From positions 326,926,001 through 326,990,000 of the forward strand of contig OZ024741.1 in the NCBI GenBank assembly GCA_964016885.1: a DNA stretch of 64,000 nucleotides, read 5' to 3'. The notes below the pieces were generated by a model that saw nothing but the letters and a program-made list of their open reading frames with translations, was not told the DNA's origin and made no database searches. The position numbers were made by a program, and so were the translations under genes. Positions 30,666 through 44,974 of the stretch are shown piece after piece. Source of the DNA: Eledone cirrhosa (lineage: Eukaryota). The first letter of the stretch is position 1. Each line of letters begins with the position of its first letter.

Positions 30666-31513
30666 ATAAGAATATTTATATTTATGTGTTTAATACAATT
30701 ATAAATATGGAGGGTAGTACTAAGTACTACAATAATAAAACAACCCTCAATTTATCAACAACCTTAATTACCCCCCTTTGTTATTAACTCCCTATACAAC
30801 TCCCTGTGTAAATTCATAAAATTATGCAACCTAACGGTTTACCAACAACTTAATAACGGTTAATACAAACCCTAATGTTTAGATAAAAATGCATAAGATA
30901 ATATACCTACAATAACAACATGGCCAGTAATTCGGTGGAATTTACATTTAATAAACGACTCAAAATAATCCCATGGTTAATATATGTGAGTTACAAACAA
31001 CATACATACGAACTACAACACAAAAACACTTGAATGAAAATCACATATCCAACTCTATCACGTGCTTTGCAGTTCACCTCACTTAACCTACATTATCACC
31101 ACATGCCTTTCTAACAAATTGCACGCTATCTTAAACAGTTCTAACAATTAAACCCCACACAAAATACGTTTATTTCAACTGCATTATAGCTCTTTCCTCA
31201 TACATGCCTTATTGACTGTATTGACTCCTGCATTGTACACCAACATTAACTGTTCTCCAATGTTAAGCTATCTTATATCTTATATCTTATGTCTATCCTA
31301 TCCCACACCTTTCCTTGCTTATGACTTTTTTGCCTGTACTTTTTGCTTATACCTCTTACATTTTCAACCAGTGCTGCCTGTAATTGTGTTCTCTCAGCAT
31401 AACTTCTTTTTAACTCCTAACACTCCACATAATGCCTATGACACTAACAACAATTATGTACCCTAAATGTTCTGAATGACTAGCATTTTAGTCACATATT
31501 TCGACATTCCCTA

Positions 31514-31560
31514 TGCTCCGAGGATTCCAGACTTGCCTCTGGAAGAAATAATTGTCAGCA
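31514..31560 (+). ncRNA. Hammerhead with U4C core change, at the end of a pLTR-like segment
   Basis: TGCT-CCGAGGA-TTCCAGA cttgcc TCTGGAA-GAAA-TAATTG-TC-AGCA, then TA repeat. Confidence 0.7.
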
Positions 31561-31620
31561 AATATATATTTATATATATATAACGGTACATTTTCACAAT
31601 AAATATTCATCCTCGAATAA

Positions 31621-33603
31621 CACCGTGTAACAAAAACATTTTTTTTCTCTGTTCCTGGCTTGTAATCACTTTCTTTTGTGTTCCTTAGGTCCCAAATAAA
31701 TAAAAAAAGTGCTATTAAACAGTGAAAAGTTTGGGTTTGTAAAAATTCTAAGCTATTCCCTAGAAATGTTTGTATGCTGGATTTTACGTTGTATGTAAGT
31801 TTAATTTCCTTATGTTAAATGATTTTTTAATATATGTTACAGGTTAAATTACAATTATAAAATAAAGAGTAATATCTAAAGAAAATTATAAAAGTGCAAT
31901 AAAGTATAAAATTGTTAAAAAGTGGATTAAAGAGATTTATTTATACTGGATTTTCGCACCCTGAATAAAGGGTAGTTGTGTTTTAAGCACGAATGTTCAT
32001 TAGTATGATTAGTGTTCTTTTATATTATTTAAATATGTATTTCCCTTTCCCATATTTATTTTGTATTGCATATCAAATTTATTTTCCAAGACAAGTATTC
32101 TGATGAAGAGGAGGAGATGGATGCTGAGGACTTGGATTACCTGCCTGTAGTACCAGAAAAAGTTCCTCACTTCCCAAACCAAAAAGAAGTCAATGACTTG
32201 GTCAGGAATATGGGTCTGACCAAGTCCAATGCAGAGCTATTCGTCTCTAGGATGAAGCAATAGAACTTGGTAAGGAGGAAGTGCAGGTGACAAGTCAGAG
32301 AAGTCGACACGAACCTTTCTCAGGCTTTTACACTCTTAGGGATGGCCTCTGCTTTTGCCATGCTGTGCCTGGACTGTTTGACGTTATTGGGGTGCCGTTT
32401 CTGCCCCAGGAGTGGCGGCTATTTATAGACAGCTCCATCACAAGTTTGAAGGCTGTCCTCCCCCACAAAGGAAACAAGTTCCCGACACTGCCCCTAGCTC
32501 ACTCAGTCTGCCTGAAGGAAGATTACTACAGTGTGAAAGTCCTCTTGGAAGTTCTGCAATAAAACCAGTACAATTGGGAAATCATTGGAGACTTCAAGAT
32601 GGTGGCTTTCCTGCTTGGACTCCAAGGAGGCTTTATCAAATTCCAATGCTTCTTCCGCCTTTGGGACAGCAGAGCCACCTCTGACCACTACAAAAGGAAG
32701 AACTGGGAGCAACGAACAGAATTTGTAGTTGTGACCCGGAACGTCATGTGTGAGCCACTAGTTGATCCCAGGATTGTGCTCATGCCGCCACTGCACATTA
32801 AGTTGGGGTTGATGAAGCAGTTTGTGAAGGATCTCAACCAAGAATCAGCCACTTTTAAGTACCTTCTTGAGTTCTTCCCCAAGTTATCTGAGGCGAAAAT
32901 CAAAGGTGGAATTTTTGTTGGACCTCAGATAAAGAAGGTGTTTGAGTCTACCGAGTTCTCCAATAAGCTCAATAGGATTGAGAGAACAGCATGGAACTGT
33001 TTCAAGACAGTTGTTAATGGCTTCCTGGGCAACTACAGAGCTGAAAACTACCAGCAACTGGTGCAGGGTCTGATAAAGGCTTTTGGCGCCACGGGATGCA
33101 GGATGTCGCTTAAACTGGACGCTCACCTGGAAAAATTCAAGGACAATATGGGCGCCTACTCAGAAGAACAAGGCGAACGATTCCACCAAGATATGAAAGA
33201 GAGAGAGCGGTGGTACTAGGGCCACTACAATGAAAATATGATGGGGGACTATATCTGGGGGCTAGTGCGGGAATGCGACCTGGACTACAACCGTAAATCC
33301 AGGAAATCCAGTCATTTCTTTCGTGTACAACTTGCTTTATAAGTGTTATTTGTTTTTACTTGTTTGCTTTTGATAAGCTTGTGTAATAAAATAAATATAT
33401 ACTCTGTTGATTTAATTATATGAACTGATAAATTTTAAAAAAATGTGTTTTTTCTTGAAAAATATGAAAATTTCGAAATATCAAACTCCTGACCACAAAC
33501 ACAAACTTCTGATTAAATAATAGTGTTTTTTTAATAATAATGGGATATAACAAACCATGAAATGACACTTTGAACCGGGGAACAAAATATATGTTACACG
33601 GTA
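31621..33603 (+). mobile_element. Chapaev3-type (CMC) DNA transposon
   Basis: TIRs caccgtgtaaca (31621) and tgttacacggta (33592-33603); TAA on both flanks, consistent with a 3-bp TWA TSD. Confidence 0.8.
32090..33325 (+). pseudogene. Chapaev3-type transposase with internal stops
   Basis: EWRLFIDSS..SLKAVL, IIGDFKMVAFLLG.QGG, WDSRA, PPLHIKLGLMKQFVK, GIFVGPQI, FLGN, GAYSEEQGERFHQD, MMGDYIWGL. Confidence 0.85.
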
Positions 33604-34787
33604 TAAACTATCGTTTGAAAATGTAATGTTTTTCGTTTTTATAGGTTGTATTACGTGGTGTATGCGATGTGGAAAAAATATTTTAATGCGAAATTATTAA
33701 GGTTCGTTTCACATGAAGCCGTATCCTTAATGGTAGCTTTTACTGTTATCCTTCTTTCGTGGTTTTCTCAATTCCTCCAGTGGATCTGTTATTATGGTTA
33801 CTCCAAATCATCGACGTCCATAGATGCTTTCATATAAGGGCATTGAATATACGTTTTTTTTTTAATTAATGAGGAGGTCCCGGGAACAAATTGACCATAT
33901 AAAATGCGAGTTCACTGTATTTTAGTCTCTTCTCTTTTTATCGTATAGTCACGGATAAACGCAGTGTCCATGGCCGTTTAGGAGGGCTCCGAGACTTGAA
34001 AAGAAATAGGGATGACAGTATCCTCAAACATGAGACCTTGCATCAGAATGATGTCCATTAAAGACATCCATACACCAGTGATGAACAAAGGATACAAAGT
34101 ATTTCGGTATTTGTGTATTATATGTGTGTATGTTTGTTTTCATGCCCACTTAGTAACATTTACTTTCACATATTGCCTCCTCTCTTCTTCCACTTTCTTT
34201 CACTTAAAAAGGTGTTTTTTTCTCCCACTCCCGCTACTCTCATCATATTTATTTATCACCAGAGTTTAACAACTCATCTATCTCACCACTCAAAGAGATC
34301 TGGCTGAAACGCTAGACGCCTATTTTCTCATGTGTTATATTAATTTATCACTCATTTGAACTTTTTATAGAGAATTCCGCGTTATTTAGATATAACTGGT
34401 AGGGTGACTGAATAAACACCTAGGTTAGAGCGGTGTTTCGACTGCGCCTCGCGGACAAAAAAACAACGGCATTTCCGCAGACAATGGCCAACGACACACG
34501 CTGTAACAGCCACCCCACTTCACGGGACTCCTTCCCCAGGTCGGCTGCTGTTCAATTTTATGTAGGAAGTCAACTGTCCAGGGTCTGAAGACGTCTTAGT
34601 TCTCGACGGTTACTGGTGCAAAGATGAAGCGGCCGGACAAGATATAACTGTATCCTAACACAGCAAACGGTGTCTTAGCTGAATTGTCAAATTCTTTCCC
34701 AATGCTTGAGGACAGTGCTGATCACACTTTACAGATCGTCGAACATCGAATTATCATTTTCATACATATCCATACTATGACCAAAAG

Positions 34788-34977
34788 GGCGGTGGATTGG
34801 CAGTATCGGTAGAGGGTCGGACGCCATGCTTTCCAGCATAGTTACGTCTCTTTACGATCTGAGTTCAAATGCCGCCGAGGTTGACTTTGACTTTCATCCT
34901 TACGGGGTCGATAAAATAAAGTACCAGTAATGCCCTGGGTATTACCTGGCCTTGTGCCTAAAGTAGAAACAATTATT
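34788..34977 (+). mobile_element. SINE family A, full length
   Basis: ggcggtggattggcagtatcgg...gagttcaaatgcc...gtagaaacaattatt. Confidence 0.85.
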
Positions 34978-35499
34978 TCATAATGAATTGTATTTTAACT
35001 GCGGTACTGCCGTTTAATCTTCTTGTTAGAAACATGTTCACAGTGGGTAATATAAAACATATATACCACGAGGCAGAAACATTGCTTTTGAGACAATAAT
35101 AACAACAACAACAACAACAACAACAAAAACAACAACACCAACAACAATAATAATAATAATAATGCTTTCTTTATTAACCACAAGGGTTTACACAAAGTAG
35201 ACATTAAGGACAGTACAGGACAATAAAGGACGGTACAAATGGGCATTTCTGCATGTAAAAAACAAAAAAAGACAGGATGTCACAATAGGGGGGAAACTTC
35301 TGAGGGCCATCGTGGAGAAAGCCCATTAAAAAAAAGCCACGGTGACCCTGACCACCAGGGCAAGTGCCCTCTCCCAGTTTTCCACCTTCAATTTACAGGC
35401 ACATACTCAGAGTAGGCCCATTCACTCGGGCCATTCTTGCCTCTCTCACCCATCTTTCAACAAAATGCTGGGAAGAGAGCACTTCCATCTATACCCTGA

Positions 35500-38400
35500 T
35501 TTTCCTTTTCAAATGAAATTTGAAAAAAGTTAATGAGGGCATCACCGAAGAGGTAAGTGCTCGTCTTTAGCCCATTCAAACGCGTCCACCATACTATCTC
35601 TTTCGCCATGGCCACCAGACAGATAAAAACTGCCTGCCCTTCCCGGCTAAAGGAAGGGGGCGGGGCAATCCTCAGGATGGACTCAGCTGATAAACTGATC
35701 CGTTCTACACGCGACAGCAGGTGTACGACTTAAACCCACAAGTCATCAATGCTCGGACACTGGACGAATGCGTGCAGGATGGTTTCGTCGCCCTGCGCGC
35801 ATCTCAGACATGCCCCGCTGACGGCACTCCATGCCTGTAGAGTAAATCCCGAACTGGCAAAGCTCTTTGGTAGCACTGCCAGGCCATGGATTTCTGGAAG
35901 TTGTCCATAGGCCCCGGCCCGAAAGTTCTTCCGAATAGATTGGCTAGTTGATTTTCGTCGACGCCTAGAATACCCCCCCCCCCCCGTCGTCGCTCTTCCA
36001 CAAAACTAATCTTCTATAGAACGCGAAGGTGGAGTTTCCACCGATTACATTGCCCGACTGGTCGAGGCTTATGAGCGCCTGAAGACATTCCAGTTTCCAA
36101 GCGCTCCCTCTCGGTCTTCGCTTGACCCAACTGCAGCTACGTCAAGGAGACGAGCTGGGGAAAGTCGCGTCTTACAAACGGCGACCACAACTGGTCACCG
36201 TCGGGGAAGAAGTGGAGATGTCGTAGCCTGAGCGTGTGTCTGCGTATCATCAGCCACGATGTTGCCCAGCCCTCGACGTAGCGGGTGTTGACAGCACATG
36301 GACCACCTGATAATCGGAGCGCGTCCCTTCCACAAAAAGCGAAAGAGCAAACGCTCCACCGCAGTCAGGCGAGGCTTTGGACAAGGCACGACGGTCAGGT
36401 GGTAGTAGATGACGGACGCGATGTACGTATTCGCCACCTCCACTCGACCTTTCAGGGATAACTTCCTCTCCGCCCATTTCTGGGTGAGAGAAGCCACCCT
36501 GCTCGTCACCTCGCCCCAGCTTTTGTCTGTCTGGAGGTCCGGACCGAACCAGACCTCTAGCAATTTAACCGGTCCGTCCGTCCTGCGCCCGACGACGCTG
36601 TTGGACGGCATGGACTTGCCTCTCGAGGTGCCGAGCTGCAGGCCCACTGACTTTTCCTGGTTGATCGTTGATGCTGTCACCGCTTCGTATTCTCTTAGTG
36701 TAGTGCCGATCGCCTCGATGTGTTTGGCGTTCGACACCACTACGGTGACATCGTCGGCATATGCTGACACGGATCTTCCGCATCCTTGTTCGCGCGGGAT
36801 CCCCCTTAACGTCTCCAGTTTGTGCAGTAATGGCTCGAGAGTCAATACGTACAAGAGGGACGAGAGGGACATCCTTGCCGGACCGAGCGCATGATGTTGA
36901 ACGGTTCCGAAAGGTGGCCGTTCACTCACACCACAGAGCAGATGTCGCTGTGCATGGCAGCGATCCAGCCTCTGACGACGGGCCCAAAGCCAGCCGCCCC
37001 CAGGACTGCTGCTAGGTAACGATGGTCGACCTATCGAAATATTTCGACTGATCTAACTTGATCAAGGACCCACCCGTGCCAGCTTCCCTAGCTACCTCTC
37101 TACGATGTATCGCATGAGGTGGAGGTTGTCGTGTATGGATCTGTCAGGAATGGCGCATGTCTGCGCCTCTCCCACCAGACCACCAACGAAAGGGCCAACC
37201 TCTTTGGTAGCACCTTGGCCAAAATCTTGAACTCTGTGTTTAGAGAGTTATGGGCCTAAAATGATCTATCACATTCCCCCTTGTTCGGATCCTTTCTCAC
37301 AGAGCTGGGAATTCTCCCGTTGTGTTGCCAGTTGCAGTAGACGTCCACCAAGAGGCTTCCGAACAAGTCTGGCATCTGTACGTAAAGTTCATAGGGCAGA
37401 CCATCCAAACCAGGCGATTTACTCCTTGTGCAGCCAGTCATTGCCTCCCGTACTTCAGCGGCCGTTATCGGTTTTCGCAACACTCTGCTTCAGTGGCCGA
37501 GAGCCGCGGCTGTCCGTCGAGGTAGACACTAAAGTCCATCCCTCGATCCGGCCCGCCGCTGCCGCCGAACAGCTGTGCGAAGTGTCGCTGAAAAGCTTCA
37601 CACATTTGCCAGGGATCGAGTAGCATGCGCCCGTCGCGGTCCACCAAAGACCGGATCGTGGATTTGTTTCCACGACGCGCCTCCGCCACTCGGGCCCATT
37701 GAACGGCTTTCGTTCCCTCGTGTCTGAGAGCACGCACCCTAACTCTGACAACGCAGACTTCGTGCTTTGCATTGAAGAATTGGTAAAGGGCCAATTTCGC
37801 CGCAAGTACGTCGGTCACGATACTTTGCTAAGCGCTTCGTCTGATTTTGCAACTAGTTCTCCCTCTGCTCTATTTTTCTCTATTGCTAAAGCCTTACTAA
37901 ACCTAATGGACTCTATTCTTATCGCTCTTTTCAGAGCAAATCACCCCGTGTTGTTGACGATGGCCCACATCAACGCCCACTTAACTAGTTCGATAATCCG
38001 GTCTTTGTAGGCCTTGCGCGCTGGTAAGGACGCGTTTAGCTTCCAGTAGCCGGGTCCTCATCTATGAAGCCTATCTAAATCAAGCACACAGATCACGAAT
38101 TTGTGGTCCGTGTAGCTGACAATCTTGAATTGTGGACAGCCTATGCTAGACCTATCTATTTCCCTACAAAATACTCTATCTAGATATGATCTGGATGACC
38201 CTATGCGATTTGTCCAAGTCAACAATGGCACATTCGGGAAATCCAATCGGTACCTGTCAGACAGTTCAAAACGCCTGAGCAGGTTGGTGAAGCTCTTGAA
38301 CCCTCCTCCCCTATTCGCTAATCCCACACAGTCCCAGCGTGCATCTAAGATCCCGTTCCAGTCGCCCACTAACACTAAAAAGCGTGACGTTCCAAGAAAG

Positions 38401-38739
38401 GTCTCCAGACGCCGGAAGAAAATCAGGCCGCCCTGCTCTTGTCGGGGCATAGACGGCCATTAGCCTGAAAGCCTGCCCGTCTCCGCTGGTCACGTCCAGC
38501 ACCACCAACTTACCTATGGGTCCAGGAAGAGATCCAAACCTCTCCGAATCCACAGCAACTCCTCCCGCCGAATCAGGACGGCTTGAGATGCATACACATC
38601 GTAGCCGCCGAAGATCGGTGCGGAAGCTCGTGCTTCGGAGATGGCCACTACATCTATGTTTAGTGACCTGAGGTCGTTGAGCAGGTGGCCCTGCTTCCAA
38701 GCCACGCGCATTTATGCTGCCTAGTCTGAGTGAGGTCAT
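35500..38739 (-). pseudogene. LINE ORF2 (APE endonuclease + RT + C-terminal Cys domain), frameshifted
   Basis: LGSINARGL, VLVGDWN, SYLDRVF, TDHKFV, KSPGLDGLPYE, SAYADDVTV, WQCYQRALPV. Confidence 0.9.
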
Positions 38740-39342
38740 GTTGAAATGGAGTGGAAAAGATGGGAAAGACCACTTACCTTACTTCTCGTAGAGGAAGGAT
38801 GGTTTGACCATCCTTTTCACTGTTTGTGGCCTCCTCCGGAAGGATGTCCTTATAAATCATCCTGGAGAGTGCTTGTCGAAAGTCTCCGATGTCTTTGGGG
38901 AATTTTTGTTTTAGCGTCGTGTACGTTTACTGTGTGATGCGAGTGATTTGTATGTCTGGAGGTGGTGTGAACATTTGGGTTGTTGTGTAGTCCTTTTCTG
39001 TGATGCTGGTGTTGTGTTGGTTGTAGTGTAGTAATTGGTTGTTGTTCAAATTTATTGCTGTGTAGTGTGTATCGTTTTGGTTGTTTTGTTTTGTTTGCGT
39101 TTGTTGTGGGTTTGTTTCTGTTTCGCTTTTTGGTGACTTTTGTGGTGTTGGTGATGGTGGTGTTGGGGTTAATGATGGTGATGGTTTTGATGTTTTTGGT
39201 GATGGAGTTGGTGATACTGGTGTGGATGGTGGCATAGCTGTCCTACCTTATTTGTTTCTTAATTTATTTGTTTCCCTCTGTATTTTGTTTTTGGAGGTGG
39301 AATGAAGGGGACTTTTTCTGTTTTGGTTTCTTTTTCTTTTTT

Positions 39343-40259
39343 CTATTTTTCTGATACCGTTTCCCACTCCTCGTTGTCACAATCTGTCTCCAGTTGCGAT
39401 AGGTCGGGGAGTGGAAAATCCTCCACAGGCGTTGGTTTTGGTTGTGGCGTGGTGGATAGTGTAGGCGCTGGTGCTAGTTCTGGCGCGTTGAGTGGTGGTG
39501 GTGTTGGTTTTCCTACTGTTGCTGGGTTTGTTGCTGTTACAGTTGCTAATGTTGTTGCTGCCACAGTTGTTGCTGCAATTTCTGCTGCTGGTGGTGTTGA
39601 TGGTTGAGTCACTGGGGTGGGTAATAGAGGTGGCCTCAACCTTTTCGCTTGAGGGCAGAAAGCCCTTAGGTGGGTTCCTTCACCACAAACGACACACCTT
39701 GGCCTTCTGCCCTCGACGATGACGGTGAGCTGGCTGCCGTCAGTGAGGTCTATTACCTCTGGGATCTCCTCAATGCTTTTTTGTTCCGCTTGGATCAGGA
39801 GCTCCATCCCAGTTCCGGACCAGTTCTCCTGCTTTTCTTTCGCTATTTCGATTATCTTGGTGTTGGCTTCGATGCCGGCGTGGACGCAGTCATTAGCCAG
39901 GGAATTTCGATGGCCGCTGGAACGTGGGTCAGCCTGATCTTTACGAGTCTCTGGCAACAATAGCTTGGGACGAGTGTAAAGTCGTCACTTCTTAATGGGG
40001 CCATGGAGTGTTCTCTGGCCTCCTGTGGTGTTTCAAAGAACACGTCCACGGTTCCATATTTCTGCCCACGTCTGATGTGGGTTTTCTTTGCCCACACATG
40101 TCCCAAAGCTTTTTGGATTTGGAACTCGGATGCCCGTTCCACTAGGCGCGATTTTATGTTAATCATCCGATAAGATACGGTGCATAGGCGCCGATGCTCC
40201 ATTTTATTAGGTGTGTGTGTGTAGGTGGGGTGGGGGTGTGGGGATGACCCTGTACCCAT
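39343..40259 (-). pseudogene. LINE ORF1 (gag-like, zinc knuckle), frameshifted
   Basis: VEGRRPRCVVCGEGTHLRAFCP (CX2CX4HX4C) followed by a Pro/Thr-rich tail. Confidence 0.75.
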
Positions 40260-42136
40260 CTTTCTTTACCACATTTTGGCTTCTTCTAATTCATCATGAG
40301 TTACCTGGTAAAAGTAAGGGTTTTCTTATTCTCATTGTTGCTGTTGTTGTTATCGTTATTTTTGTTATTGTTAATTTTAGTCTCAGTTGTGGTGGTGGTG
40401 GCGTCAGTGGTGTTCGGTGTGGAAGAGTTCATTTTGGCTGAATTCGTTTCGATATCACGAGATAATTTATTTATTTCTTTTGTTTCTGTTGTCGCTGTGG
40501 TAGTGGTGGAGGTGGCGGCTTCAACACCTGCAGTCAATGGTAATGGCGGGAAATGAATGTCTGCCTGAGACAAATTGAAAATATTGCTACTGCTTATATT
40601 TTTAGTGCTTGTAAACGTAGTAATATTTACAATGGTGGTGTCGGTGTGAGCTGTTAATTTGTGAGAAAGGCTCTCAGCTATTGAGTTCAGATGTGAGTCG
40701 GCAATGATTTTTCAAAGAACTATTTTTTTTCTGTTTGATAATTATAAAAGTTTAAATTTTGGGCTCAAGGCCCCAATCTTTTTGAGTGTCCTTTTTAGAA
40801 AACAATGTATGAGCACTTATATACAGTTAACAATAAACATTTTCCAATAATGGCAATTTTAAACAACTGAAAATAACAAACCTTTGCGGAGCTCACGATA
40901 ATACGATTTTTACGTAGGTCGCCAAGAAGAAGAAGAAGAAGAAGAAGAAGAAGAAGAAGAAGGTGAAACAAAAACAGGAAAATAGAGACAAAATGAACGT
41001 TGAAAATAAGTTGATGAAGTAAATCTATTTGAATATAAATCAATAACTGAAACTAAATCCACATCATTTCACTTATTTACTCTCTTTATCTTCACCTTTG
41101 TTTTCTGAATGTTTTCGCCATATTTTCTTTTGCATTTTTCTCTTTACTTGAATATTTTTATTTCTTATTTTCTATTTACTACATGTTTTCTCTTTATTTT
41201 CCTTTATTCTTTATTTCTCTATTTAGCGTATTTATATGCATTTTTTTCTTATTTTTCTTCCGTTGTTTTCTGATCTGCTTTGATTTTGTTTTTTTTTGTC
41301 TATTAATTTTATTATGATTCTTTAGAAGAATTGTTTTCTAGAAAGCTTTTACAGAAGGAATATAATATTGATGATTGTTTTATGATCTTTAGTTGTCGAT
41401 TTATGTTTTTGGAGTTTGTCGTTGTTGCGGGCTTTTTCCCCCTGTTTTATTTGATTTGTTTGCATGTTTTTGTATTGCGTATTAAATTTCTTATTATATT
41501 TTTCCCAAAGAAATTAAACATTTGGAAATTGAAGATTTTGTCTGTTGCTCTAATGTATGCAAAATAAGTCATAGGGCAGCAATTAATAACATTTTCGATT
41601 CGGGTTTCGTTGTTGTTGTTGCTGTTGTTGTTTTTGTTTGGAATATTGTATATTTTCATTTTTCTAATTTTCTAATTTTTAAGAAATTGCATTTTTTCTT
41701 TTCTTTTTATATATTTGTTACTAGACGATTGTCAGTCATTGCGGATGACTTCAGATAAAATTTCATAGGAGAATTATTTCAAAAATGTAAAGTGTATATA
41801 GTAGAAATAAATATTTAAGCAAACATAGCAGATGCAAGCAAAAAAGATATATTACCATTTCAGAGCAACTACCATTAGGTTTACTGTGTTAAAATGTAAT
41901 TTATCAGGACGAGCTTCACGTCTTCTCGTGTCTAGCGAGATATTACATTGCAATCCACATCCGACAATCATCGAAATGAAATATATAAGATTTAACTTTA
42001 ATATGTTTTATTTGAAGAAGACTAAAGTCTGAATTTAAAGTGACTCTGAAAATAAGGTCACGTCATATTTGTGCTTTAGAATACTATGTTCTATCAGATG
42101 AAACTAAAATGATCTATGTAATATATATATATATAT

Positions 42137-42481
42137 GGAGGCACATGGCTTAGTGGTTAGAGCATTGGCCTTACAATCGAAAGGTTGTGAGTTCAATTCT
42201 CAGACCGGGTGATGTGTTGTTTCCTTGAGCAAGACACTTTATTTAACATTGCTCCAGTTTACTCAGCTGTAGAAATGAGATGTTAGGGACTGGGTTCCCT
42301 ATCATTCCACTGTAAAGTGGTCGTGTAGGCGCCACGGAAAAAAAGCACCCAGCACTCACTGTAAATGAGGTTGGTGTTAGGAAGGGCATCCAGCTGTAGA
42401 AATCAAGCCAGAATCAGTTCCCGTCCCACCCTTGCAAGCAGGGAAAAGCGGACGTAAAATGATGATGATGATGATGATGAT
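42137..42481 (+). mobile_element. tRNA-derived CORE-type SINE with (GAT)n tail
   Basis: A box tggcttagtgg, B box gagttcaattc, CORE-like ccttgagcaagacactt, LINE-like 3' end. Confidence 0.85.
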
Positions 42482-42910
42482 ATATATATATATATTAATA
42501 TATATTCTCCGAATTTGTAGAAAACTTATAATGAAACAATTGTTTGGAAAGAGAGATATATTTTAACTTTAATTATATCTCATAAAATAATACAACTGGC
42601 TTTTCCACATAATACATATTGTTAGCACCCCAAACACTTAAATTGGGTTTATATTAAAATATAACCTAATGTTAGTTGAGTAAGATGGTTACCGGTCAGA
42701 GATTAGCTTTAAACTATCTCTGTTATTGTATTAATTATATTAATATATATATATTTATTAAAATGACAGATTAAAGTTTATCGCAGCAATTCTTTGCTTA
42801 AACCTTAATCTGTTATTTTAATAAATATTGTTCTAGGGTTCTTATATATTTGATATATACTTATGCTTATGGACCCCTCTTTGGATTTTAGTCTTCAAAT
42901 TTACTATTAT

Positions 42911-42948
<38 letters not shown>

Positions 42949-42964
42949 CTATATATATATATAG

Positions 42965-44105
42965 TTATACTTGGGGAGGGTCATATTTGTGTAATAGTAT
43001 TGCCAGTAGTATTAAAAGAACACACTCACTGTTTGGTTGGTTTTCGCTTCTGTGTCCTTTATATCGGTCAATTTAATTTTTTTTATTCGGTCCTCAATGT
43101 TACCATTGACTGACCAACGGTCAAAAATACAGGTATAATATAGACACAAACATATATATATAGTCTAACAAAGTTCTTTCGTTGCACATCTGCAACATTG
43201 ACGAATGGTGCTATTATGTTCCTCCCGTTGTACTGTATGCCTACGCCATCTTTATTTAGTATGTTTATATATTTATTTTTTATAATTTAATTTTGTCTTC
43301 TCTGTGCATGCGTTTGCGTGTGTGTATAGTGTTTGATGTGTGTTCGTGTTTGGGTGACTGTGTATTGGTTATTGTATTCTATCTTAGTTTACTAGTGTGT
43401 GTTTATATGTGTTTGTTGTTATTGTGCTTGTGTATGTATTATTTATTTATTTATTAATACTTCTCTTAGGTCAGTATTGTTTGTTTGGGTGTTGTTGTTA
43501 TTCCATTCATTTTTTTCTGTTTAGCCTTGGCCTTCTAAGTTCTATTTCGCTGGCCTCTCAGATTTGCCTATCTGCTGTGTTGTTTCTATGTTTAGATATT
43601 ATTCTAATTTCTATGTTGTCTATGTTACCGTCGTGTTGTTGTCTGGCATGTTCGTAAAGGACTGAACCGTTTTTTCGTCTTTTTAGTTCCCCCCAGTGTT
43701 GGTCTATCCTTTCACCTATGCTACGAGCTGTCTCGCCTATGTATGTTGTCATGTTTCTGCAAGTACCCTCTGTAGATCTTATGCTATAGACTATGTTCCT
43801 AGTTTTACAGTTTATCCGGGGGTTTACTTTACATATATTACATTTCCTATTAGTACAGTGGGTTTTCTTAAAAGGGTAGGTTTTGCTGATGAGGGATTTT
43901 ATGGTGGTTCCTGGCTTTTCTACCACCTTAATCTCAGGGCCTTTCTACACTGGTTAGTTAATTTCACTCCAGGGGTAGCATCTACAAACTTGACACTCTG
44001 GTATCTCTGGGTGTCGCACCATGAGGTGGCTTTCCCTATCATATGTCTAGTCCTATCTAAACTATTCCATGATTTGCTCCTGTATAATGGGAAAACTCCT
44101 TTCAT
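42965..44105 (-). mobile_element. PLE GIY-YIG fragment, same clade as 6230-8500
   Basis: [22 protein letters not shown]...NCKTRNIVYSI, YIGETARSIGERIDQH. Confidence 0.85.
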
Positions 44106-44195
44106 GTACAATATATATATAAATGTATATATACATATATATATATATATAGATATATATATATATATACTCATACTTATATGTATATACTCATA

Positions 44196-44263
<68 letters not shown>

Positions 44264-44509
44264 TATGAGTATATACATATAAGTATGAGTATTTTGTATG
44301 CCTAGCGATATACGGTATGTTTATGAATAAACGTTTTGAATTTGCGCAATCTAACGCACTGAAACAGAATCCAAGTGTTGGTAACCGTCGACGACGTATA
44401 TCGTTAAATTTATGAATGACTTTTTTGAAAGCCGATATATACAATTACACACACACAGTGTGAGAATGTGTGTGTATCATGTATATATCTATATATATAT
44501 ACATACATG

Positions 44510-44618
<109 letters not shown>

Positions 44619-44687
44619 TATTTAGTATATGTAGAATAGTATATATAGTATATGTAGTATATGTAGTATATATATATATATAGCATA

Positions 44688-44882
44688 TGTCAGGTCACAC
44701 TTGAGTGCTACTGGTAACATGTAAACCAGTACATCCTGTCGCATGGTCGTGTCGTCGGCGACTAAACTGGCAACCCCACCGAGTTTACTTGGGGAGGAGG
44801 GGATTTTAGACACCCCGCAGGACAAAAAACAAAACCTGACAAAGGGTGACAGAACTCATAAGGGTCAACGAACATCCCAAAA
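44688..44882 (+). mobile_element. Family B 5' fragment, diverged
   Basis: tgtcaggtcac...ctactggtaacatg...ggcgactaaactggcaacccc. Confidence 0.7.
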
Positions 44883-44974
44883 TGTGTAAATATGTACATA
44901 CACATGTACATATGTATGTGTATGCGTGTGTGTACATATGTATATATATATGTGTATGTGTATGCGAGTGTATA

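Larger units (their letters stand above)
35095..40760 (-). mobile_element. Tx1/L1-clade LINE, near full length, decayed
   Basis: ORF1 with CCHC knuckle; ORF2 with APE and RT; 3' AATAAA followed by (TTA)/(TTG)n tail on the minus strand. Confidence 0.88.

Noticed and set aside
34430-34700. GC-richer block, possible host exon or CTGAAGA hammerhead
   Set aside because: No recognisable peptide; the motif is followed by GTTA, not GAAA.
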